Below are positions 9,944 through 19,644 of a stretch of 64,000 bases of DNA, in pieces. Made by a program: the position numbers and the translations under genes. The stretch comes from Candidatus Gugararchaeum adminiculabundum. Its GTDB lineage: Archaea; Micrarchaeota; Micrarchaeia; Burarchaeales; Gugararchaeaceae. Below the pieces are notes generated by a model. It was given only the letters and a program-made list of their open reading frames with translations. It was not told the DNA's origin and ran no database searches. The stretch is taken from positions 1,002 through 65,001 of the forward strand of contig CABMDC010000004.1 of NCBI GenBank assembly GCA_902384795.1, in the 5' to 3' direction. Each line of letters begins with the position of its first letter. The first letter of the stretch is position 1.

Positions 9944-9951
9944 TATTTAAA
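9944..9951 (-). promoter_or_regulatory. candidate rRNA operon TATA box
   Basis: The minus strand reads TTTAAATA, preceded by purine-rich CGGAAGG (BRE-like). This would give a leader of about 220 nt containing the 16S processing stem. The box is palindromic, so it could also fire rightward. Confidence 0.45.
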
Positions 9952-10130
9952 CCTTCCGACAATGAACGAATAGCGCGAAAAACCCCACACCGCTCCAAAA
10001 TCAGCAACATTTTGGGGTTTTCACCCGGTTTCGCCCAATGGGTGAAATCTACACCATTAACTCACATCCAGGTATATTAAAGTTTATTAATCTCCTGTCG
10101 CAATAAATCGTATAACATGTTTTTGAAAAG

Positions 10131-11489
10131 GTGATTGATTTGGGCAACACAGATATTTTTGTAAGACCTTTGGGCAAGCTTCCGAACAACAAGGCCAACC
10201 AGAACAAAATTTCACAAGTTCTTGATTTGGCTTTCGAAAAAATGAGGGGAACAGGAAACAACAGAATTGACAGCGCGGTTCTTGTTGACACGCTCTTCAG
10301 TTCGGACAAAAACAAAAGAATGCCCATAAGGTCCGGGAAAGACCGGGAAGAGGCCGTAGCAAAGATCGTTTCTCTCAGCGATTCCCACCGCGCAAAACAA
10401 TCATCCACGCAAATTTCCAGTTCCAGTTCTACTCAAACTACGCAAGCCACGCAAACTAAGCAAACTACTCGCGCTGAATCCGTTAGTGACTTTCTGAATG
10501 TTTTCGTTGATTCAGAGGGCACAATCATAGTTGAAAACAAATATAAAGACTCGATTGATTTGTCGAAAGTGAGCATCGGCAGAGACGGCCCAATTTGCCG
10601 TTCCATGGATTTACTCAACAAATGGCTCGAACCGGGCCAGAAATATTACTCCGATCGGAAATGCCACCAAAAACCAGCTTATGGCTCAACAAGACTGCAG
10701 GTTGGATACATCAATGGTTCCGAGCTTGTCACTCCCAAGGAAATTCCTCTTTTCAAATTCGAAAAAGAAGTTGACGGAGTTTTGAAATTCACAGTTCAGG
10801 CAGAAGGAAAACTGGTGAGGGTATTTGCAGAAAACATCAGCAACCAGGCTGAAGTGGAAGCCGATATGACTCTCCGCCTCAGGGGGCAGTTTTCCTCTCG
10901 TCCAAAGGAGATTCCGCAGTACGGTGATTTTTTCCCAAAAGGAAGAGGACAGGTTATCGCGGCACAATTTGAAAACGAACCAGGCATGGAAGAAATTTCT
11001 ATTTTCATTGAAGCGGCGGGGCCTGCCCGCAGAGACAGGACTGAGCTTATCCGGCCTTCCCTGATCAGAGACAGACTAGTTTCCATAAATTTCAACAGCG
11101 ATGAAGACCGCGTTGGCTTCCAAAAGCAGGTGCCGCAGGTTTCAGGAATCGCTGCGGAATCTTTGATACCTGTTGAGCTTGGGAATATGGCTGAAGCAGT
11201 AATCGGCTCAATAAAGGTTTTTGTTTTCAACAGCGGTCGTTTCGTTCAAGTTGAAGCTAACAACCCACATGAATTTGCAGTCGAGTTTGAAATGACTTTT
11301 GACCGGGAAAACGGCGACCGTCCGTATACCGAGCGCAAAGTGTTAACTTCCGGAGCGCGGGAAGAAGTCTACGCCATGCCAAAAGCCATCTCCCCCAACC
11401 TAGAGGTAAAATTTGGCAAGGTCGTCAAATATTATAATAACACGATCGTTGTCGATGAAGGCGGGCAAAGGCGTTTCAAGCTCCTCTAA
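10131..11489 (+). CDS. hypothetical protein (orphan)
   Basis: 452-aa ORF. GTG 10131 lies inside the SD-like GGTGAT, so TTG 10140 may be the true start. It has a Ser/Thr/Gln-rich linker (SSTQISSSSSTQTTQATQTKQTT), no TM helix and no recognisable motif. Confidence 0.6.
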   Translation: MIDLGNTDIFVRPLGKLPNNKANQNKISQVLDLAFEKMRGTGNNRIDSAVLVDTLFSSDKNKRMPIRSGKDREEAVAKIVSLSDSHRAKQSSTQISSSSSTQTTQATQTKQTTRAESVSDFLNVFVDSEGTIIVENKYKDSIDLSKVSIGRDGPICRSMDLLNKWLEPGQKYYSDRKCHQKPAYGSTRLQVGYINGSELVTPKEIPLFKFEKEVDGVLKFTVQAEGKLVRVFAENISNQAEVEADMTLRLRGQFSSRPKEIPQYGDFFPKGRGQVIAAQFENEPGMEEISIFIEAAGPARRDRTELIRPSLIRDRLVSINFNSDEDRVGFQKQVPQVSGIAAESLIPVELGNMAEAVIGSIKVFVFNSGRFVQVEANNPHEFAVEFEMTFDRENGDRPYTERKVLTSGAREEVYAMPKAISPNLEVKFGKVVKYYNNTIVVDEGGQRRFKLL

Positions 11490-11584
11490 ACTACACCTTC
11501 CCACTAACAACAACATTTAAATATTTGCTAATCCATAACAAATTAATAGTATCCGCGTAATGTTACGTTTAAGCAGGCGGCCAT

Positions 11585-12328
11585 ATGGGTTCATTTCAAA
11601 TGCCATTCGGGGACAGGTTCACTTCCAGGCGAGCACAGCCGCAGGTGAAAATATATCCCCTGGGCGATGCCGCAGGTTTGGTGATTGCAGAAATCGAAAA
11701 ACAGTCTGAGCGGCGGCTCATTCTCTGCAGGCTCAGCACCACAAACTTTTATTTTTCAGACGGGTCAGCAAAGATAAAAGCGCACGGTGTCCTGGAAGTG
11801 CTTTGCGAAATGACTTTCAGCGGAAACGTGCTCTTGGATAAACATGGGGATTCAAAACTTAAACCAGCGGACAAGAAGCGGATAGAACGGGTTATTAACT
11901 GCGCATTCGAGGAGACGCGGGGGCGCCATCCTATTTCAGACTTCTTTGACAAGCTGGTGGGTCCGAAGACCACACTCCTCCTGCCCAACCAAATGATTAC
12001 CACTGAGAAGCCAGCACTTACATTAGATTTGAATCGCGTGGACCTACGGCATAGTTGTGGCTCTGGAGATTTGTTAATCCATGGCGAGTCATTTAAGCAT
12101 GTTGGCGTCGATCTTTCGGTCCAGAAGCCATTCGTTGAAGGAATTCCTTCCACGGTCAGTGTTTTGGAAGTGAGAATCGGTTTCTGCCTCGGCATAACCG
12201 GGCCAACGGAGGCCGCACATAGGGGGGCCGCAGAAAAAAATGCAAACGAGGTTTTAAACAGGCATTTTAATTTTTCTAACGCGGACAATGCCCAATTGGA
12301 GCTTCCTTTCCATAAAGAAAAAAAGTGA
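11585..12328 (+). CDS. hypothetical protein (orphan)
   Basis: 247-aa ATG ORF, co-directional with 10131..11489. Palindromic TATA-like ATTTAAAT lies about 60 nt upstream. No recognisable motif. Confidence 0.55.
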   Translation: MGSFQMPFGDRFTSRRAQPQVKIYPLGDAAGLVIAEIEKQSERRLILCRLSTTNFYFSDGSAKIKAHGVLEVLCEMTFSGNVLLDKHGDSKLKPADKKRIERVINCAFEETRGRHPISDFFDKLVGPKTTLLLPNQMITTEKPALTLDLNRVDLRHSCGSGDLLIHGESFKHVGVDLSVQKPFVEGIPSTVSVLEVRIGFCLGITGPTEAAHRGAAEKNANEVLNRHFNFSNADNAQLELPFHKEKK

Positions 12329-12369
12329 TCCTATAATAGTTAAATAAGCCCCTTGCTCAAATCCTTTCC

Positions 12370-13239
12370 ATGCCAGAATCAGACTATTACGCCTATCAAG
12401 AATATTCGACTCCAACCCCCCAGCCCATGGCGCGGCGGCCGAGCTCGCCAAAGTATACTTACTACCTGATTGGCATCTGCATCGCGGTTTTCATTCTCCA
12501 GTCAGTCTACCCGCTAATCACCGAGTATTTCGTGCTCTCGCCTGCTTTCATTCTGGAGCGCCCCTGGGGAATTTTCACCAGCATGTTCCTGCATGCGGAC
12601 TTCCTGCATATCCTCTACAACATGATCGGCCTCTTTATTTTCGGCTCTGTGCTTGAGCAGCAGATCGGAAGCAAAAATTTCCTTTATTTATTTCTGCTGT
12701 GCGGGCTGGTCGGTTCCCTGGGCTACCTGGCTCTTGCCGATACCGCGCTCATCGGCGCGCTCGGGGCAAGCGGCGCGATTTTCGGAGTCATCGGCGCAGT
12801 CACGCTAATCCTGCCGAACATGAAAATTTACGTGCAGGGTTTCATCCCGCTTCCAATGTATGCGGCAGGCCCGCTGTATGTTTTGATTGAAATTTTCTAT
12901 TTGCGCACAGGCGGAGGAGGAGGAATTGCGCACAGCGCGCACGTTGCCGGATTTTTCGCAGGGCTTGCGCTCGCCTATTATTACAAGAAAAATTCGCCTG
13001 TGCTAAAATTGAACCAGGTGGCTTTCGCGCTCGCAGCGGTCATTTTGCTGACCATCGCAGTGGGCTATGCGAAATTCCCGAACACCTCGGGGGCGAAAAT
13101 AATCAGCACTTGCATTTCTTCCAGCGACTCGGATTTGCAATTGCAGGGCTGCGTCATGCGCGCCTATAATTCGGCTGATCCGCAAACCCAGTCCCAGATA
13201 GACGAAGAGCTTACGAACCTATTGCGGAAAACGGGCTAG
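12370..13239 (+). CDS. rhomboid-family intramembrane serine protease
   Basis: Multi-TM protein with HADFLHILYNMIGLF (H-x4-H-x3-N), GASGAIFGVIGA (GxSG catalytic Ser) and AHVAGFFAGL (catalytic His). Confidence 0.85.
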   Translation: MPESDYYAYQEYSTPTPQPMARRPSSPKYTYYLIGICIAVFILQSVYPLITEYFVLSPAFILERPWGIFTSMFLHADFLHILYNMIGLFIFGSVLEQQIGSKNFLYLFLLCGLVGSLGYLALADTALIGALGASGAIFGVIGAVTLILPNMKIYVQGFIPLPMYAAGPLYVLIEIFYLRTGGGGGIAHSAHVAGFFAGLALAYYYKKNSPVLKLNQVAFALAAVILLTIAVGYAKFPNTSGAKIISTCISSSDSDLQLQGCVMRAYNSADPQTQSQIDEELTNLLRKTG

Positions 13240-13260
13240 CCGTTGCAGCCAATGCTTCGG

Positions 13261-14295
13261 CTATCTGACAAACCTCAACCCGATGAGTGTTTTCTTTGAA
13301 AGCCCCTCGCCTTCCCCTTTTCCTCCGTAAACTTCTCCTATGATTCTTGCCCGCATAAGTGGGCTGTAATCCTGCAGTATGTCGCATATCTGGCTCTTTA
13401 GCTCACGCGCTGTTTGCGCAAGGTCCTGTTCTCCCCGTGTACCCTGGTGGAACAGTTGCTTTGCTTTCGCAATAAGTTCTCTTCGTGTTTCCCTTTCTGT
13501 AGCGTTGATTATGTCATCATACAGCCACGGATTCGTTCCTTTAAAATGATCCTCAACAAGCTCCCCGATCCGGTCATATCTCCCTCTTATCTTCAAAATC
13601 ACATTCTGCAGTTCATCCGCTTCGGCCGGAGGAAGCAGTTTATTCAGCGGAGTCCATCTCAAATTCTCCCCGAGCACTCCTCTCCCCAGGCATCCGGCAT
13701 TAATCGCCAATTCAATCTGCCCCATGCGCAGCAACCCGCCTCTTGTCATATATACCATGTCCCTTGCGGTCTTGAGTATCAGGTTTCCTATCTCACCATG
13801 CCTCTTTGCGTGCTCGGCATGTGTTTCCTCGACATTTTTCCATCTTGTCTGCTCGGACACCCCGATTAAAGACTGCCCTGGCGGGCAATAGCAGGAGATA
13901 ATGCCTGACACTATGGCCGAGACTTTGTAGCGATTTGTCGACCTGCCATCCGGCGAATTCCTGGGAACTTCTACGAATGTTAAGTTTTTGCTTGTAGCCA
14001 GAGCCCAGCGCGTGTCTTCCTCAACCGCCCTGTATCTGCGGCTGTTCTCCGCCCTGTTCCTGCTCCCCGGCCCCAAATTGAGCAACCGGCTCGTTCCAAC
14101 TTTGAAATAGAATGCGTTGGCGGCAGCGGTAATCAACCTGTTGACCTGTTGCCCGGTTGCCCCCCATTCTTCCTTGACTGTTCCGCAATTCCTTGTGTTC
14201 TGTTTCATTTTCATAGTTCCAGTCCTCCCGGTATATGTGGTACTTGACATGTGTTTGTATCCGCTCGCATATAAGCCTATATCTACGACAATCAA
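13261..14295 (-). CDS. hypothetical protein (orphan; true start may be an internal Met)
   Basis: 344-aa ORF with coding-like composition and Arg-rich soluble sequence. I recognise no motif. MSSTTY or MKMKQN are alternative starts. Confidence 0.55.
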   Translation of the reverse strand: MIVVDIGLYASGYKHMSSTTYTGRTGTMKMKQNTRNCGTVKEEWGATGQQVNRLITAAANAFYFKVGTSRLLNLGPGSRNRAENSRRYRAVEEDTRWALATSKNLTFVEVPRNSPDGRSTNRYKVSAIVSGIISCYCPPGQSLIGVSEQTRWKNVEETHAEHAKRHGEIGNLILKTARDMVYMTRGGLLRMGQIELAINAGCLGRGVLGENLRWTPLNKLLPPAEADELQNVILKIRGRYDRIGELVEDHFKGTNPWLYDDIINATERETRRELIAKAKQLFHQGTRGEQDLAQTARELKSQICDILQDYSPLMRARIIGEVYGGKGEGEGLSKKTLIGLRFVR

Positions 14296-14390
14296 CGCAA
14301 ATATTTTCCAAATTTTAGCAATCCAACGAACTGTTTTTTCAACGGCACCAAGCTGGAAAGCTTTTTTAAGCGCTGTTGTGTTTTTTATCT

Positions 14391-14528
14391 ATGGCACGCA
14401 CAACCCCCCAAAAATACAAAAAAGCAGATGAAATTTCAATCGGAATCAGATGGGCGAGGAGCATTGATGCAAAGCTTGATGCCCGGGATAAGGAAATCTC
14501 GGAAAACAAAGAAGACATATTTGTTTGA
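14391..14528 (+). CDS. candidate 45-aa small ORF
   Basis: MARTTPQKYKKADEISIGIRWARSIDAKLDARDKEISENKEDIFV, found by hand in a 315-nt gap. TTTTTTAAG lies about 25 nt upstream. The strand-then-helix pattern is vaguely ribbon-helix-helix-like. Weak. Confidence 0.25.
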   Translation: MARTTPQKYKKADEISIGIRWARSIDAKLDARDKEISENKEDIFV

Positions 14529-14610
14529 ACAAGAATAATGCAGGTTCATTTTTTCACCAGCATCACTGCTGCCAATCTTTAAAAAGAAAGCGGCTGTAAT
14601 CCATCCGAGT

Positions 14611-15474
14611 ATGCACGTAGTAAAATTTCGGCCTAGCGCATACCCCTACGCGCCTGTTTTGCAGGTGCGGGAGCAGGCTTTGTTTGGCGACCAGCTTGCA
14701 AGCGTTGAGCTTAAGGGTGAAATGCATCTGGGCTTTAGCACTGACCGGTACTGCACGGGTTACCAAATCGCCAATGAGCTCAGGCCATGCCAGTTCAATG
14801 CGCTTACCACTGGAAAACAGTGCGAATACTGCCGGCACCAGGAAATCACCTGCGCCGCCTGCGGCGGAGAACTCTGCATAAATCCCGGTTTCCGCGAGCA
14901 CTGCGCCAAGCAGGAACTTTCTGTTTATCTGGCATCCTTTGGCGACCATGTGAAAGCAGGTGTCACTCGGAAAGGAAGGGAAATGGAAAGATGGACCGAG
15001 CAGGGGGCTGATTGCGCGGCAGTGATAATGGAAGTGACAGACGGGCAACTGGCTCGGCAGTATGAAAAACGAGTGCAGCAGGTTTTTGGCTTTAGGAATT
15101 CTTTGAGAACAAGCACGAAACTAAAACTGCTAACCTCTTCAAATGCGGCTTTGCCTTCTTTGCTCAAGGCGCTCGATGATTTGTACGCTTTCCATGATGA
15201 AATGCTGGTGCACAGCCCGAAAGTTATTGAGCTGGAAAAATTCTACCCGCGGATTTATGAAAAGCCAAGGGCGGCTGAAAGGATTGATGGAAAAGTTTTG
15301 GGCTCCAAGGGAAACATCTTGCTGTTCGAGAATTCCAATTCGCTTTTGCACGCCGTGGACATGAGCTCGATTCTCGGCAGAACGCTTTTGCCCCAGGAAA
15401 CCGCGCAAAATGCGCTGACACTAACCCAGTTTATGCCGATAAAAACTTCCGAGCCAGCGCAGGCAATACTGTAG
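14611..15474 (+). CDS. zinc-ribbon protein, possibly DUF2797-like
   Basis: 287 aa. A Cys cluster CEYCRHQEITCAACGGELC is followed by VYLASFGDHVKAGVTRKG. This resembles my recollection of DUF2797. Not verified. Confidence 0.4.
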   Translation: MHVVKFRPSAYPYAPVLQVREQALFGDQLASVELKGEMHLGFSTDRYCTGYQIANELRPCQFNALTTGKQCEYCRHQEITCAACGGELCINPGFREHCAKQELSVYLASFGDHVKAGVTRKGREMERWTEQGADCAAVIMEVTDGQLARQYEKRVQQVFGFRNSLRTSTKLKLLTSSNAALPSLLKALDDLYAFHDEMLVHSPKVIELEKFYPRIYEKPRAAERIDGKVLGSKGNILLFENSNSLLHAVDMSSILGRTLLPQETAQNALTLTQFMPIKTSEPAQAIL

Positions 15475-15613
15475 CTTTATATACTTCGAAGTGCATAATA
15501 ACAGCAACAAGAAAATTTTGGAAAATCTTTTTGTGAGAAAGACTCTCGCCTGCGTATGCGGAGAGGCTTTCAATATGTCGTGAGATTTTTCGGAAAAACA
15601 CGAGGTTATGTGA

Positions 15614-16915
15614 ATGGCTAGATTTGAAGATATGGGTTTAAGTGAGCCTTTGCTCCGCGCCCTTAAGGAAATGAAATATGAAGCACCGACTCCCATCCAG
15701 GAGATGTCGCTCTCGCCGCTATTTCTGGGCGAGGACATTATCGGGCAGGCCGAGACAGGAAGCGGGAAAACAGCCGCATTCGGCATCTTTTTGCTTGAGA
15801 AAATCAAGGATGAGAAAAAAGGATTCCCAAAAGTGATAATCCTCGCTCCAACCAGGGAGCTTGCGGTGCAGGTTTCTGACGAGCTGCGCGAGCTCTCCAA
15901 ATATTTGAGGCTGCGCGTGCTTCCGGTTTACGGGGGCCAGCCAATCGACAGGCAGCTTGCCGAACTCCAGCGCGGAGTGGACGTGGTTGTCGGAACCCCG
16001 GGAAGAGTTATCGATCATATTGAGCGCGGCACTTTGCGATTGGATAAAATCAGCGTGCTCATTCTGGACGAAGCGGACAGGATGCTGGACATGGGTTTCG
16101 TTGATGATGTGGAAAAAATAATGGCAAAAACGCCCAAGGAAAGGCAGACGCTTTTATTCTCCGCAACAATGCCCGGGCCGATCATGGATCTTACTAACAA
16201 GTACATGCGCAACCCGCAGCTGATCAAGGTGCGCGATGACCCGATGACCGTGAAGAACATCGAGCACTTCTACGCAGAAGTGAACAATTACAACAAGCTC
16301 TACACATTGCTCGGATTTCTCGGCGCATTGCCCAGGCCCCATTTGGCGCTCATTTTCGTGCGCACAAAACGGGGCGTTGACCATATCCACGAAGTGCTTG
16401 AAGACCGCGGATTCAAGGCAATCTGCCTGCACGGCGATATGAGCCAGAATAAAAGAGACAAGGTAATGGAAAAATTCAAGGCAGGCGAGACCGACATCCT
16501 GGTGGCAACCGACGTTGCCGCCCGAGGGATTGATGTGCACAACATCACCCATGTGATCAATTTCGACTGCCCCGAGGACCAGTTCACCTACGTGCACCGG
16601 GTCGGAAGGACAGGAAGAATCGGAAATAACGGAGTTGCGTTCACATTGGTTTTCGGAGACCAGACCCGCACTCTCGACCTTGTGCGCCAGACAATCGGCA
16701 AGCCGATTACCAAAATCGAGGTTGACACTAACAAGATTCCGCAGCGTGTTTCAGGCAGGCGCGAATTCGGCGCAAGCCGCCAGCGCAGTGACCGGAGAGA
16801 CGAGCGAAGGGGGGAACGAAGGTTTTCAGGAAGCGAGAAACACCCGTCCCGCTACTCTCACCCCAAGCGGGGAGCTGAGGACAACCGTTTTATTTTTAAG
16901 CCGCGAAATAAATAG
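15614..16915 (+). CDS. DEAD-box ATP-dependent RNA helicase
   Basis: Q motif (TPIQ), AETGSGKT, DEAD, SAT and HRVGRTGR are present, with an Arg-rich C-terminal tail. GAGGT SD lies 7 nt upstream. Confidence 0.95.
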   Translation: MARFEDMGLSEPLLRALKEMKYEAPTPIQEMSLSPLFLGEDIIGQAETGSGKTAAFGIFLLEKIKDEKKGFPKVIILAPTRELAVQVSDELRELSKYLRLRVLPVYGGQPIDRQLAELQRGVDVVVGTPGRVIDHIERGTLRLDKISVLILDEADRMLDMGFVDDVEKIMAKTPKERQTLLFSATMPGPIMDLTNKYMRNPQLIKVRDDPMTVKNIEHFYAEVNNYNKLYTLLGFLGALPRPHLALIFVRTKRGVDHIHEVLEDRGFKAICLHGDMSQNKRDKVMEKFKAGETDILVATDVAARGIDVHNITHVINFDCPEDQFTYVHRVGRTGRIGNNGVAFTLVFGDQTRTLDLVRQTIGKPITKIEVDTNKIPQRVSGRREFGASRQRSDRRDERRGERRFSGSEKHPSRYSHPKRGAEDNRFIFKPRNK

Positions 16916-16951
16916 CGGAAAACAGCGAAAAATACGGGGAGTTGAAGGTTT

Positions 16952-17842
16952 ATGGCTGAAAAAAGGACAGGAACTGACACTTCAAAGAAAGGCCTTGCCC
17001 AGATGTTCAAGGGCGGGGTAATCATGGACGTGGTTAATGCCGAGCAGGCAAAAATCGCTGAAAAAGCAGGCGCTGTTTCGGTAATGGCCCTGGAAAGGGT
17101 TCCCTCTGATATCCGCAGGGACGGGGGAGTTGCGCGCATGGCAGACCCGGCGCAGACCAAGGCGATCATCGCTGCTGTCACAATTCCAGTCATGGGCAAG
17201 TGCCGCATAGGCCATTTTGTCGAAGCCCAGGTTCTCCAGGAGCTCGGAGTGGACTATATAGATGAAAGCGAAGTTTTGACTCCTGCTGACAATGCAAATC
17301 ACATTGACAAGAAGAAATTCACAGTCCCGTTTGTTTGCGGTGCAAGGAATTTGGGCGAAGCCCTTAGGCGAATTAACGAGGGAGCTTCCATGATCCGCAC
17401 CAAGGGCGAAGCAGGCACTGGCAACATAGTCGAAGCTGTAAAACACATTCGCGCGATTAATGAAGAAGTTGCAGCCCTCAAAAACATGAATGATTCACAG
17501 TTAGCCGAGAAGGCAAAGGAATATCGCGTTCCAATCGAATTGGTAAAAGAAACCAAGGCAGCCGGAAGGCTCACGGTTGTGAATTTCGCAGCAGGCGGAA
17601 TCGCAACACCCTGTGACGCGGCCCTGTGCATGCAGCTCGGCTGCGACGGAGTTTTCGTTGGCTCAGGAATTTTCAAGAGCACGGAGCCGGAAAAAATGGC
17701 CCGCGCGATAGTTGACGCTGTTACACACTTCAGGGATGCAAAGAAAATTGCAGAAGTTTCCACTGGTTTAGGAAAGGCAATGCCAGGTTTGGACGTGCTG
17801 AGCATGCCCGAAGACCAGAAATTATCCAAACGCGGAGTTTGA
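16952..17842 (+). CDS. pdxS: pyridoxal 5'-phosphate synthase, lyase subunit PdxS
   Basis: [35 protein letters not shown] and full-length resemblance to PdxS/SNZ. Confidence 0.95.
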   Translation: MAEKRTGTDTSKKGLAQMFKGGVIMDVVNAEQAKIAEKAGAVSVMALERVPSDIRRDGGVARMADPAQTKAIIAAVTIPVMGKCRIGHFVEAQVLQELGVDYIDESEVLTPADNANHIDKKKFTVPFVCGARNLGEALRRINEGASMIRTKGEAGTGNIVEAVKHIRAINEEVAALKNMNDSQLAEKAKEYRVPIELVKETKAAGRLTVVNFAAGGIATPCDAALCMQLGCDGVFVGSGIFKSTEPEKMARAIVDAVTHFRDAKKIAEVSTGLGKAMPGLDVLSMPEDQKLSKRGV

Positions 17843-17850
17843 ATCTACTT

Positions 17851-18423
17851 ATGAAAGTTGGAATTCTCGCCCTGCACGGCGATGTTGAGGAACACAGGAA
17901 AGCAACATTAGCAGCAGCCAAAAATTTAGGATTAAAGGTTGAGGTGTGCGAAGTGCGCACAGCGCGCGACCTTGAAGGAGTAACCCATCTGATTTTGCCG
18001 GGCGGAGAAAGTTCCAGCTTCTCGCTTCTGATGCGCGAAAGCGAGCTGTTGGACGCAATAAAGAAGCGCGCTCGTACTCTAAAATTCTTCGGCACCTGCG
18101 CCGGCCTGATTTTGCTTGCAAAGAAATTCAACAAAGGCACAGTTGACCAGGTTTCACTTGAACTGTTGGACGTGGAAGTTGATCGGAATGCCTATGGAAG
18201 GCAGAGAGAAAGTTTTGAGGCTGAAATTGACACCAAGCTCGGCAAAATAAACGGAGTGTTCATCCGCGCCCCGCGCATCCTGAAACTGAACAATGGAGTT
18301 GAAGTGCTTGCAGAATACAAAGGCGAGCCGGTTGCAGTAAAAGAAGGGAACATTTTAGCGTGTTCATTTCATCCTGAATTGACTACCACGAAGTTTCATG
18401 AGCTGTTTTTGAAAGGAAACTAA
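17851..18423 (+). CDS. pdxT: pyridoxal 5'-phosphate synthase, glutaminase subunit PdxT
   Basis: KVGILALHGDVEEH, GTCAGLILL (nucleophile Cys) and FHPE. I chose ATG 17851 over the track's TTG 17839, which overlaps the pdxS stop. Confidence 0.9.
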   Translation: MKVGILALHGDVEEHRKATLAAAKNLGLKVEVCEVRTARDLEGVTHLILPGGESSSFSLLMRESELLDAIKKRARTLKFFGTCAGLILLAKKFNKGTVDQVSLELLDVEVDRNAYGRQRESFEAEIDTKLGKINGVFIRAPRILKLNNGVEVLAEYKGEPVAVKEGNILACSFHPELTTTKFHELFLKGN

Positions 18424-18486
18424 AATTATCCCTAAACCTAGCTCAAACCCCCCTGTTTTATTAACTCTGAAATCGCATTTATCCCT

Positions 18487-19062
18487 ATGGCAGTAGAAGT
18501 TCGGCTCCAATCTCCCAAGCAAACGCAGAACCCCCTAATGGAATTTTACGCCGAGCAGAAGGTTACCCTCGAAACAGCGCGAAAGATTGAAGCCGCAATA
18601 CAAAAATATTCCAGGGAATTCGACCTGGATCCAAATTTAGTCAGGTCAATAATTTTTGTCGAAAGCACCTTCAAACCCCATGCCCAAGTTAAAAGTTACA
18701 ATCCCAAGACCGGAAAAACCAAGCATTTCTACGGCCTGTTTCAGCTGGACGATAGAATAGTAAAACAATACGGGGTAAAGAACTGGAACAGCATTGACGA
18801 GAATATCAAAGCCGGCTGCCACATGCTGAAGGATATTTACGATTTCATGAAAGACAAAGACCTTAAGCTCCGGCCGTTTCCGAATAGCCCGCTGGATGCA
18901 AACATGGTGGCGGCAGTCTACGGGAGAAACGTGGGGCAGTTCGGAGCAGTCAAAAAAATCCACTCCGGGCTCAACACGCTTTCAAAAATCACGGAAGCAA
19001 GGCCGCATGTGAAAAAAGTTTTGCACCAGTTCGAGCTTTTCCAGAAAATGCACGAAGTTTAA
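18487..19062 (+). CDS. SLT/GH23-like lytic transglycosylase domain protein
   Basis: DLDPNLVRSIIFVESTFKPHA (catalytic E-S), YGLFQL, DENIKAGCHMLKD and MVAAVYGRNVG follow the SLT domain motif order. No signal peptide or TM helix at the N-terminus. Confidence 0.7.
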   Translation: MAVEVRLQSPKQTQNPLMEFYAEQKVTLETARKIEAAIQKYSREFDLDPNLVRSIIFVESTFKPHAQVKSYNPKTGKTKHFYGLFQLDDRIVKQYGVKNWNSIDENIKAGCHMLKDIYDFMKDKDLKLRPFPNSPLDANMVAAVYGRNVGQFGAVKKIHSGLNTLSKITEARPHVKKVLHQFELFQKMHEV

Positions 19063-19640
19063 AGTTTCAGTTCGCTAGCTTTCTTCTTTTTCGCGTTAGC
19101 GCGCCATTCCAAGTGTATCACAATCAGGTAAATGCAACCGGTTACTACTCCATAGGAAAACAGCGTAGGCACAAACAATGCGAAAAAAACAGCGAACAAA
19201 AAGAACATGAAATAATTGTACATGGAGCGGGTTATCTGGTAGGTAATAGGGTATACTCCCAATAGTTTAACTTCAGGCGGATTTTTCAGGTAATATCTGC
19301 AAATCAAGATCCCGCTGATATGGTGGATGTTAATCACCACCCACGCAGTCAGGGCGGCACCCTGGGCAAATGGAAAAAATGGATTGAGGTAAAAATAAAC
19401 TAGCGCTACCAATCCCAGGACAAGCATGGACAGGAAAAAATGCTTCAAAGAGAGCCGCACACCCGAGTGGACCTCTTTTCTCATACCGGGATTGAGTTCG
19501 TAAACTTCCTGTTTTGCCCCGGACATCTCGTTTACTTTTTTTCCTAGAACTATTCCATATAATGTAAGCTGGTAATCCATCATCTGCAAACAAAAGACCC
19601 CTGCCAAAGTCAAAACCAGCTCCAGCGGGATGGCAGTCAT
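19059..19640 (-). CDS. multi-pass membrane protein, function unknown
   Basis: 193 aa with 5-6 hydrophobic helices. It starts 4 nt after the thrC stop. Its last 8 codons (KKASELKL) duplicate the thrC C-terminus. Confidence 0.6.
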   Translation of the reverse strand: MTAIPLELVLTLAGVFCLQMMDYQLTLYGIVLGKKVNEMSGAKQEVYELNPGMRKEVHSGVRLSLKHFFLSMLVLGLVALVYFYLNPFFPFAQGAALTAWVVINIHHISGILICRYYLKNPPEVKLLGVYPITYQITRSMYNYFMFFLFAVFFALFVPTLFSYGVVTGCIYLIVIHLEWRANAKKKKASELKL

Positions 19641-19644
19641 TTGA

